Below, piece by piece: positions 1 to 7,670 of a stretch of 28,551 bases of DNA. The stretch is from an uncultured Mycoplasmatota bacterium (GTDB lineage: Bacteria > Bacillota_I > Bacilli_A > RF39 > UBA660), in assembly GCA_946499755.1 (NCBI GenBank), contig CAMMTE010000001.1, positions 1 through 28,551 of the forward strand, in the 5' to 3' direction. The notes beneath the pieces were generated by a model. It was not told where the DNA came from and did no database searches. It saw only the letters and a program-made list of their open reading frames with translations. Both the position numbers and the translations under genes were made by a program. Position 1 is the first letter of the stretch, and each line of letters starts with the position of its first letter.

Positions 1-2
1 AA

Positions 3-2147
3 TAGTTTAACCATTTCATCATTATATGGTTTTATAACATCAAAAAGGGTTGTTTCAACACGTTTATTAGTAACGGCTTCAATACGATAAGTATTACTTC
101 CTTTAGATTCAAAATTATAGATAGCAAATTTTTTAATATCTTTAGTATTAGCGATATGAGTACCACTACAAAGTTCTATAGATTTATCTATTTTAACAAC
201 TCTAACTGTATCACTATATTTTTCTCCAAATAAAGCCATTGCTCCTAATTCTTTCGCTTTATCAAGAGGCATTACTTCAGTAGATGTTATAACTCCTTTT
301 TTAATTATATTATTTACCATCTCTTCGGTTTTAACTATTTCTTCATCACTTATTTTAGATGGACAAGTAAAGTCAAATCTAAGTTTAAATTCATCTACAT
401 AACTACCTGCTTGTCTTATGTTTTTATCAACTACTTGTTGTAAGCAATATTGAAGAATGTGAACACTTGAGTGATTCGCTTCTATTTCTTTTCTTCTTTG
501 TTTATCTATAATTACTTCTACTTCATCATTAACAGTTATTTTACCATCTAATAGTTTTATTTTATGGACATGTTGTCCATTAGGACCTTTAAAGACATCT
601 ACTACTCTTGCTTTAAAGTTTTTACCAACAATCATACCAGTATCAGATACTTGACCACCAGATTCATAATAGAAACAAGTTCGCTTTAAGATAATATAGC
701 CATCATGATCAAGTGTTTTTTCAAGACTATCTTTACTTACTATAGCAAGAACACTACTCTTTAGACGATATAGGCCATAGACAAAGGTAGATGGTTTAGT
801 AAAGTCCATTAAGACTTTCTTTTGACTAGCCATAGATGTTTTAGTACGTGAGGCTTTCTTAGCAGTTTCTCTTTGTTTTTCCATATATTGATAGAATTCT
901 TCACGATTAACAGTAAAGCCACTTTCTAATGCTATTTCTTCTGTTAATTCTAATGGAAATCCAAAAGTATCGTATAGTTTAAAGGCATCATAACCACCTA
1001 TTACTTTATCATTATCATCTTTCATTAATTCTTTAAGACGTCTTTCTCCATCTTCTAAAGTATTTAAGAATAATTTCTCTTCATCTAAGATATAGACAGC
1101 GACATCACCTGATTTTTGTTTTAATTCAGGATATGCTTCACCCATAACTTTTACAACAGTAGGAACTAGTTTATAAAGGAATGGTTCTTTGAAACCTAAT
1201 TTACGACCAAATCTAACACTTCTTCTAACTAATCTTCTTAAGACATAATCTCTACCTGTATTACCAAAACTAGCACCATCTGTAAGAGCGAAAGTAACCG
1301 CTTTCATATGATCAGCGATAACTTTAAATGCTGGTTCACCATTATATAAAACTCCACTTAGTTCTTCAATTTTTTCAATTATTGGCATAAATAAATCTGT
1401 TTCAAAGTTAGAATCAGCATTTTGAAAGATACAAGCCCAACGTTCAAGCCCTGCACCAGTATCGATATTTTTATGAGGTAATTCTTTATATTTAGAACGA
1501 GGTACCCCTTCTTTAGAATTAAATTGACTAAAGACATTATTCCAAATCTCTACATAACGATCTTGATCTTCATCTTTAATAAATTTATCCCAAGCATCAC
1601 CATCTTTATCAAAACTTTCTCCCTGATCATAAAATATTTCACTATCAGGTCCACATGGTCCTTCTCCTATTTCCCAGAAGTTACCTTCAAGTCTTACAAT
1701 ATGGTCTTTAGGCATACCTAATTCAACCCATTTATTATAAGCATCATTATCGTCGGTATAAACAGTAACATATAGTTTTTCTATAGGTATATCAAACCAT
1801 TTTTTACCTGTTAGAAGTTCAAAAGCAAATTCAATCGCTTCATCTTTAAAGTAATCACCTATAGAAAAGTTGCCCATCATCTCAAAGAATGTTTGATGTC
1901 TTTTAGTTATACCAACATTTTCTATATCATTAGTTCTAATACATTTTTGAATATTAACAATTCTACGTGATTCTGGAGTAACACTACCATCAAAATATTT
2001 TTTTAATGGGGTAACACCTGCATTTATCCAAAGTAAGGAATCATCATTAATAGGAATAAGAGGTGCTGATTTAACATACTTATGTCCATGTTCTTCAAAG
2101 TATTTAACCCACATCTTTCTAATTTCATTACTAGTCATATATCTCAT
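3..2147 (-). CDS. alaS: Alanine--tRNA ligase (3' end runs off the window)
   Basis: Manual translation from ATG 2147: MRYMTSNEIRKMWVKYFEEHGHK..DDSLLWINAGVTPLKKYFDG, later AFKLYDTFGFPLELT, FYYESGGQVSDTG and editing-domain motifs NHSSVH..ELCSGTH. No stop in the window, so it is absent from the ORF track. Confidence 0.97.
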   Translation of the reverse strand, partial: MRYMTSNEIRKMWVKYFEEHGHKYVKSAPLIPINDDSLLWINAGVTPLKKYFDGSVTPESRRIVNIQKCIRTNDIENVGITKRHQTFFEMMGNFSIGDYFKDEAIEFAFELLTGKKWFDIPIEKLYVTVYTDDNDAYNKWVELGMPKDHIVRLEGNFWEIGEGPCGPDSEIFYDQGESFDKDGDAWDKFIKDEDQDRYVEIWNNVFSQFNSKEGVPRSKYKELPHKNIDTGAGLERWACIFQNADSNFETDLFMPIIEKIEELSGVLYNGEPAFKVIADHMKAVTFALTDGASFGNTGRDYVLRRLVRRSVRFGRKLGFKEPFLYKLVPTVVKVMGEAYPELKQKSGDVAVYILDEEKLFLNTLEDGERRLKELMKDDNDKVIGGYDAFKLYDTFGFPLELTEEIALESGFTVNREEFYQYMEKQRETAKKASRTKTSMASQKKVLMDFTKPSTFVYGLYRLKSSVLAIVSKDSLEKTLDHDGYIILKRTCFYYESGGQVSDTGMIVGKNFKARVVDVFKGPNGQHVHKIKLLDGKITVNDEVEVIIDKQRRKEIEANHSSVHILQYCLQQVVDKNIRQAGSYVDEFKLRFDFTCPSKISDEEIVKTEEMVNNIIKKGVITSTEVMPLDKAKELGAMALFGEKYSDTVRVVKIDKSIELCSGTHIANTKDIKKFAIYNFESKGSNTYRIEAVTNKRVETTLFDVIKPYNDEMVKL

Positions 2148-2148
2148 A

Positions 2149-2706
2149 TTACTTCTCTCCTTCTTGTTCTATTTCTCTAAGTATTTCTTCTAATCTATTA
2201 TAATAATTAGTAAGATCACCATTATTTAAAATATAATAATCAGCATAAGCGATAGGACCACCTTTAGCAGAGTTTTCAATCTCAGCGACATCTCTTTTTA
2301 TTATTTCTTCATTATTAAGTGGCCTTATTTTTCTTTTACTTACTCTTTCATATCTGATTTTTTTATCACAACAAATACAAATCATTTTTAAGTTAGTAAA
2401 TTTTTCTTTAAGTATTAAATACTCATCCCAAGAATATAAACCATCTAAGACAGTATCACCATTTTTATAAGCTTCTTCTATTTTAGGAAGTAAAATTTTG
2501 GCGATAACACCCATACCATGTTCTTTTCGCAAGCTTTCACGTAATTTTTTTTCATTATCAGGAGTTATTTCTATTCCTTCTTCTTTCATTTTATCATAGA
2601 TAACTCCTCCAAAATATATTTTAGTATAACCTTTCTCTTCTAAATAAGTAGTTGCAACACTTTTACCACTACCACTCATACCAACTACAGCGATTAATTT
2701 ATTCAT
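2149..2706 (-). CDS. P-loop nucleoside-monophosphate/dephospho-CoA kinase-like protein (UPF0200/CoaE-like)
   Basis: N-terminal Walker A VVGMSGSGKS, then YFGG, DGLYS and RYER motifs of the NMP-kinase fold. Start placed at ATG 2706, which overlaps the upstream stop (ATGAATAA). Substrate not determinable. Confidence 0.7.
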   Translation of the reverse strand: MNKLIAVVGMSGSGKSVATTYLEEKGYTKIYFGGVIYDKMKEEGIEITPDNEKKLRESLRKEHGMGVIAKILLPKIEEAYKNGDTVLDGLYSWDEYLILKEKFTNLKMICICCDKKIRYERVSKRKIRPLNNEEIIKRDVAEIENSAKGGPIAYADYYILNNGDLTNYYNRLEEILREIEQEGEK

Positions 2707-3256
2707 ATAAATATTCAACCTCACTTTCCTTTATTATCTTATCTGCTTGTTTATATAACTCTTCTTTTGATGTATTATTAACAGTATAATCATAATTATT
2801 ATATAAATCTGCTTCCATCTCAGTAACATGATTCTTTTCTTTCTCTGATAGATTATTATTACAGTTTTCTCTTATAATATGAATTATTTTAATATTACTT
2901 TTAAAACGTTTCTTTAACTCATCAAATTCATCTATTAGTCTCCCATCAGTAATTATAAAGACATCAAAGTAATGTTTTAATATATCTATATCTTCACATA
3001 ATCTATCTATTAGAAAGAATTTCTTACCTAGTTTATTTTTTATTACTTCAATTCCCATCTCTTGTAAGAATTCTCTAGGTTTATCTTTCATATCACCATC
3101 CCAACTAAAATAGTTTTTAGCATATTCATATAAAGGGGTTGTTATATGAAGAATACAAGCATCTTCTCCCATATAATCAAATCTATTTTTCATATAACTT
3201 CCCATTAAGTCTTTACCACAACCAGCTTTTCCTGCTAATAAAAATATTTTCATCAC
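2699..3256 (-). CDS. P-loop kinase resembling deoxynucleoside-monophosphate kinases
   Basis: LAGKAGCGKD Walker A, PREFLQEMG and IITDGRLIDE motifs resemble the R..LQ..G and D.R..E motifs of dNMP kinases. SD AAGGAG upstream. Confidence 0.6.
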   Translation of the reverse strand: MMKIFLLAGKAGCGKDLMGSYMKNRFDYMGEDACILHITTPLYEYAKNYFSWDGDMKDKPREFLQEMGIEVIKNKLGKKFFLIDRLCEDIDILKHYFDVFIITDGRLIDEFDELKKRFKSNIKIIHIIRENCNNNLSEKEKNHVTEMEADLYNNYDYTVNNTSKEELYKQADKIIKESEVEYLYE

Positions 3257-3262
3257 TTACCA

Positions 3263-3462
3263 ACTCCTTATTACATAAAAAAGACCTATGTAGGAGCATA
3301 TAAATTTATACACGGTACCATCCTACTTCGGTCTTAATTAAAGATAAAGGTCTCCCTACAAAACTAAAGAAATAGCTTTCCAAAAGGATAAAGGTTAATT
3401 TGCACCAAACATTAACTCTCTTTAACAATATCTTCTTTTGTACTTTTTTTCTCATACGTTTT
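3263..3462 (-). promoter_or_regulatory. T-box riboswitch with Ala (GCU) specifier
   Basis: Stem I: AGTA/GAA loop-E, CAAAAG/CTTTTG helix, AGAG bulge, GGTGCAA distal loop, specifier GCT at 3376-3374 followed by A. Antiterminator: TAGGA-TGGTACC(3320-3314)-GTG...TGC-TCCTA with a 7-nt bulge. alaS lies downstream. Confidence 0.9.
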
Positions 3463-4617
3463 CTTATTATTATTTTGATAGTCATTAAACTTTTCGCCAA
3501 GAGTTGTATTCTCTAAAATAAATTCAAATATTATTTTTAAAGTAGCGATCACAGGTGTTGCAACTATCATTCCTATCATACCAAAGAAATAATTAAAAAT
3601 CAAGAGTCCAAGCATAATTGTAACAGGATGTAATTTCATGGTTTTACCCATAATTAATGGTTGATAGAAATTGTTTTCTAATAGTTGACAGATAAGTACT
3701 GATACTAAACAGAATACTCCTACCATCGGATCAATTGTAAAGCCTACTATTACAGCAGGAGCACCTCCAATCCATGGACCAATATATGGAATTATATCGG
3801 TAATAGCACAGAACAAGGCAAATAAGAATGGAGCGGAAAGTCCTGCTAAAGAGAAGCCAATAGACTGAGTTACAAAGACAAGGAAGCAAATAAGTAGTAC
3901 TCCGCCAACATAACTTCTTAATTTACCATTTACTCTACTCATTAAGTCTTTAGTATTCATATGCCATTTTTTAGGAATAAGACTTAATAAATGTCCTTGA
4001 AATTTACGAAAATCGAATAATAAGTAGAACCCTATCATAATACCTAAAACAATATTAGCAGCACCATTTACAAAGCCTTTACCAAAATTCCAAATAGTAT
4101 TAGGTAGTGCGCTTGCAATAGATGCACCTGTCTCTTCTATTTTTTCTAAAATAGTATCTTTATAATCTTCAAGTTCTTTACTATCTCCTAATCCTTCTAT
4201 AGCATCACTTACAAAGTCTTGAGCATTATCAACGATATCTGGAACAACAGAAACAATATCAGAAATACCACTAGAAAAAGTTGGTACAGTAAATGATATT
4301 ATTAAAATAAGTCCACCAAAGATAATTAAGTATGTTAGGATACAGGCGAGAACTCTTGGCATTTTAGTAGAAAACTTAGTAGCGATAGGATCAAGTAACC
4401 AAGCGATAACAAAACCAATAAAGACTGGTGATATTATTGATAAGATAGTACCTATAATACCAAGTATATTCCATTCTTTAATTAAGTAAGTACCTACTAA
4501 TACTACAAGAATTATTACTAATACTCCTACAAACTTTAAGATGTTATTAGAAGTATTAAAGAATGAATTAATAGCATTATAATCTAATTCACTATTTTTA
4601 TTATTTTTACGAAACAT
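3412..4617 (-). CDS. AI-2E family (PerM/YhhT-like) transporter
   Basis: Multi-TM protein with IPYIGPWIG, QLLENNFYQPLIMGKTMKLHP and GMIVATP motifs. Confidence 0.9.
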   Translation of the reverse strand: MFRKNNKNSELDYNAINSFFNTSNNILKFVGVLVIILVVLVGTYLIKEWNILGIIGTILSIISPVFIGFVIAWLLDPIATKFSTKMPRVLACILTYLIIFGGLILIISFTVPTFSSGISDIVSVVPDIVDNAQDFVSDAIEGLGDSKELEDYKDTILEKIEETGASIASALPNTIWNFGKGFVNGAANIVLGIMIGFYLLFDFRKFQGHLLSLIPKKWHMNTKDLMSRVNGKLRSYVGGVLLICFLVFVTQSIGFSLAGLSAPFLFALFCAITDIIPYIGPWIGGAPAVIVGFTIDPMVGVFCLVSVLICQLLENNFYQPLIMGKTMKLHPVTIMLGLLIFNYFFGMIGMIVATPVIATLKIIFEFILENTTLGEKFNDYQNNNKKTYEKKSTKEDIVKES

Positions 4618-4637
4618 AGTATTCCTCCTTGTCCTTT

Positions 4638-4666
4638 ATTTTAGCATATTAATTTAATACTGTAAA
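4638..4666 (-). promoter_or_regulatory. sigma-A promoter of the AI-2E gene
   Basis: TTTACA-17 nt-TAAAAT with extended -10 TG. Confidence 0.6.
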
Positions 4667-4704
4667 TTATATTAATAGTATTAACAATAAATATAAATTG
4701 ATAC

Positions 4705-4736
4705 AAAAAGAACTAAGTAATTTAGCTACTTAGTTC
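4705..4736 (-). terminator. Intrinsic terminator overlapping the stop codon of the DGR-target gene
   Basis: GAACTAAGTA-7 nt loop-TACTTAGTTC (10-bp perfect stem) followed by TTTTT. Confidence 0.8.
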
Positions 4737-6606
4737 CAAGAATAAATGGATCAGTTTTAGTTCCATCCCCTCCTGTTATTACTACATTGGATTTTAGATT
4801 TATGGATGGCCGGACACCGCCCGAAATGGTCGGAGCGCTGTAGTACGCAATGCCATCGTAGTACACGTAACGCACGTAAGACGAACTATATGGTGTTAAG
4901 GTCCAATAATTAGTTGTTAACCCTGTACTTGAATAGCTACCTTTTACGGCATATCTTTCAAATTGTCCCGCCATTAATTCTCCAAACCTTAGTAATCCTA
5001 CTTTAGCATTTGTAGTAGTAGAAACTGTACTACTCATATTAGTATCTGTATATTTGGCTAGTTTATATGAATCACTACTTCCTACTGTTCCTAGATACCA
5101 AGTTGTACTATCTTCTATCATATCACTATAAGCATTTCCTACATAATTAGTTAGATATTCCCCATTTAAAAATGTTCCAATTGTATTTGTACTTGAAAAT
5201 GTAGTTGTATCTCCAAATGCACTTATTATAAATGTTCCAGAATTTTTTAGGGGTTCAGCACTAGTTATCTTAGTCAAACCTAAAGTCTCATGACTTACTA
5301 TTCTATATAGATTATTCTCATCATTTCCAAATCTTACATACTCACCACTATATCTACTTGAAAGTAATGTACCTGATAGACTTGTATCATTATCTCCTTC
5401 TAAGCGATAGGGATTTTCTATTGTTCCATTACCATCTACGATACGAACGCTAGATTTTAGATTTATTGATGGCCGGACACCGTACGAATCGGCCGGAGTT
5501 TTGTTGTACGCAACGCCATAGCCGCTCACGCCACGCACGTCAGACGAACTATATGGTGTTAAAGTCCACCAAGTAAGACCATTATTTAAATAACCATTAC
5601 CATATGTAGTTCCTGTATAACTTGTCTGATATTCATATATATTTAAAAGCCCCACGGCTTTGCTTACTGTTGTTGTTCCATTTGGTCTTGTTATACTTCC
5701 TAGACTAGTGGCATCTAATGTAGCATCCCATACTGCATCTGTTACTATAAAGTCCCCATAATTTCTTAAATTACCCAAAAAGCCATCAACACTTGTATCA
5801 TTTAACCATTCTTCCATATAACTTCCTTCAAAATTAGTTTGATTATCAGGATTATAGTTAATTGCACTTATATTCCACTGTGTTACTAACTTAGTAGTAT
5901 TCGCTTCTTTATTAACAGATACTGCTCTCCATAATTTTCCACTATACCATATATAATTATTAGGATCTTCTCCAGTTATAAATGTATCTATCCCATCATC
6001 ATAAAGATTATCTTTAGGTATATTTGCTAACAATGTTTCTGCTACTGTTGGTCTTTCTTGAGATACTTCTACTCTTAACTTACCACTAAATACTTGACCT
6101 GAATAATTTCCATCTACTTCATCTGTTATCCAGAGATTTAAACTATATTTATTAGTTCCTCCTCCTTCTATAGTTCCACTATCTAAGACTCTATTAGGGT
6201 TAGTTCCTGTCTTAGTTAAAAGTGTCGCTCCACTGTCAGTTCCATTCTTATTTAAATTATACTTTAAATACTTATCATCTATTCTTGTATCAGTATCACT
6301 TATTGTATTATCATCTAAATAAATTGTATAATCTACTGCTTTATTCCCATTATTTCTTAATTCAAATGTTGATCCATCTAAAGACATACCTTTACTATCA
6401 CTTATACCTACTGCATTATCTAAACTTATCCCTTCACTTGTTTCATCTAATACTAATTCTAACTCTCCTACTTTTACTATTTGATCTTTACCAGATAATT
6501 GTGTAGAAAAGTATGCATATGTAAGTGCAAGTAATAGAATTATTACTATTAATATACTTATAACTATTACTGTTACCTTTTTCTTTTTATCGTTATCTTT
6601 TTCCAT
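4726..6606 (-). CDS. Surface protein: TasA/camelysin-like N-terminus plus two tandem DUF6273/C-type-lectin-like domains; putative DGR target
   Basis: Basic N-terminus, hydrophobic helix and ALTYAYFS cleavage-type motif. Two homologous domains end in WWTLTP..GVRPSINL and YWTLTP..GVRPSINL, a motif typical of Bacillota DGR target domains. Domain names come from motif recognition, not a search. Confidence 0.75.
   Translation of the reverse strand: MEKDNDKKKKVTVIVISILIVIILLLALTYAYFSTQLSGKDQIVKVGELELVLDETSEGISLDNAVGISDSKGMSLDGSTFELRNNGNKAVDYTIYLDDNTISDTDTRIDDKYLKYNLNKNGTDSGATLLTKTGTNPNRVLDSGTIEGGGTNKYSLNLWITDEVDGNYSGQVFSGKLRVEVSQERPTVAETLLANIPKDNLYDDGIDTFITGEDPNNYIWYSGKLWRAVSVNKEANTTKLVTQWNISAINYNPDNQTNFEGSYMEEWLNDTSVDGFLGNLRNYGDFIVTDAVWDATLDATSLGSITRPNGTTTVSKAVGLLNIYEYQTSYTGTTYGNGYLNNGLTWWTLTPYSSSDVRGVSGYGVAYNKTPADSYGVRPSINLKSSVRIVDGNGTIENPYRLEGDNDTSLSGTLLSSRYSGEYVRFGNDENNLYRIVSHETLGLTKITSAEPLKNSGTFIISAFGDTTTFSSTNTIGTFLNGEYLTNYVGNAYSDMIEDSTTWYLGTVGSSDSYKLAKYTDTNMSSTVSTTTNAKVGLLRFGELMAGQFERYAVKGSYSSTGLTTNYWTLTPYSSSYVRYVYYDGIAYYSAPTISGGVRPSINLKSNVVITGGDGTKTDPFILGTK
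4790..4905 (-). repeat. Putative DGR variable repeat VR-C (C-terminal); variable core 4819-4878
   Basis: 116-nt ungapped copy of 5453-5568 with 20 mismatches, 18 of them in a 60-nt core. Core is 55% GC in an AT-rich gene. Confidence 0.85.
5453..5568 (-). repeat. Putative DGR variable repeat VR-N (internal); variable core 5482-5541
   Basis: In-frame partner of 4790-4905, offset 663 nt (221 codons). Core is 60% GC. Confidence 0.85.
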
Positions 6607-6674
6607 ATCTTAATTCACTCCTAATAATTAGTATATAACTATTTCTATTCTTAATACTCTAATCTTATAATAAA

Positions 6675-6704
6675 ATGATATCACCAAATATAAGGACAAT
6701 GCAA
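6675..6704 (-). promoter_or_regulatory. Candidate promoter of the DGR-target gene
   Basis: TTGCAT-18 nt-TATCAT with extended -10 TG. Confidence 0.45.
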
Positions 6705-6762
6705 GCAATATTTATAGTTATGTAAAAAAATAAAATTTATATGAATTTTAAAAATTGCTTGT

Positions 6763-6791
6763 TTGCATTACTTTTTCCCCTATGTTAGAGT
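6763..6791 (+). promoter_or_regulatory. Candidate promoter of the Rpn-family gene
   Basis: TTGCAT-17 nt-TAGAGT with extended -10 TG. Confidence 0.5.
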
Positions 6792-6833
6792 GTAGGCATC
6801 TACGTAGAAATATTAAAATTTTTGGAGTAATTA

Positions 6834-7670
6834 ATGAAACAAGAAGAAAAGAAATTTATTAGTCTTTTAAGTGACACTACCTTTAAACATTTCTTTAAAA
6901 TAGAAGACTATAAAGAATTCTTTAATACTATTATTAAACCTATTATAAATATGGATATTAATGATTTTAAATTATATGATACGGAGTTAAACAGTGGTAA
7001 TGAAAAACGTGATTATCGGCTTGATATATTATTAGTAAGTGATTTAGTTGATATAATTATATCAATAGAGATGAATCAGTTTCCTAGTGAAGAGACAAAG
7101 TATAAAGATAGATTATATGTATATGGTTTACTTGCTAAAGGTCTAAATAGTGGTGAAGATATTAAGAAGAAGAAAGTCATTCAAATAAACTTTAATAAAG
7201 AAAAGCATCCTTATGTCAGTAAAGGTTCATTTTATTTAATGGATAAGGTAACTAATAGAGAAATAAAAGATTTTGAAATACACGAAGTGTATCTTGAAAA
7301 TTACAAAGGAATAAGATATAATGGAGACAATAAAGAAGAAGCATATCTATCTTTATTTACTGCTAATTCTTATGAAGAGTTAAGAGAAATAGCAGGAGAT
7401 GATAAGGAGGCATTAAAGATTGTGGATGAATTAGAAAGACTAGGGATTGATGATGAATTTGGAGTAGTCTATGATAATGAGGCAATGCAGAAAAGAATGA
7501 TTAATACTGCTCGTAATTGGGGTTATGATGATGGTAAAGCAGATGGTGCTAGAGCAGAAAAACTTTCTATTGCTAAAAATTTCCTTAAAGATGGTATACC
7601 TATAGAAGTAGTATCTAAAAATACTGGTTTAAGTGTAGAAGAATTAGAAATAATAAATAAAGAAGCATAA
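6834..7670 (+). CDS. Rpn family recombination-promoting nuclease / putative transposase (PD-(D/E)XK, PDDEXK_2-like)
   Basis: LSDTTFKHFF start motif, RLDIL..IEMNQ catalytic core, and the typical tail IAKNFLKDGIPIEVVSKNTGLSVEELE. Confidence 0.85.
   Translation: MKQEEKKFISLLSDTTFKHFFKIEDYKEFFNTIIKPIINMDINDFKLYDTELNSGNEKRDYRLDILLVSDLVDIIISIEMNQFPSEETKYKDRLYVYGLLAKGLNSGEDIKKKKVIQINFNKEKHPYVSKGSFYLMDKVTNREIKDFEIHEVYLENYKGIRYNGDNKEEAYLSLFTANSYEELREIAGDDKEALKIVDELERLGIDDEFGVVYDNEAMQKRMINTARNWGYDDGKADGARAEKLSIAKNFLKDGIPIEVVSKNTGLSVEELEIINKEA

Noticed and set aside
1524-1721. 65-aa plus-strand ORF
   Set aside because: Antisense shadow of alaS.
3306-3500. 64-aa minus-strand ORF
   Set aside because: Overlaps the AI-2E 3' end and the T-box; no SD; not a credible leader peptide.
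4790-5568. Repeats as a simple recent duplication, as CRISPR, or with one copy being the template
   Set aside because: There are only two in-frame coding copies, the flanking domains have diverged, and mismatches are non-synonymous at positions 1-2. Neither copy has A at most variable sites, so neither is the template.
6834-7670. Rpn gene as an insertion sequence
   Set aside because: No terminal inverted repeats or target duplication seen; transposase activity of this family is not established.
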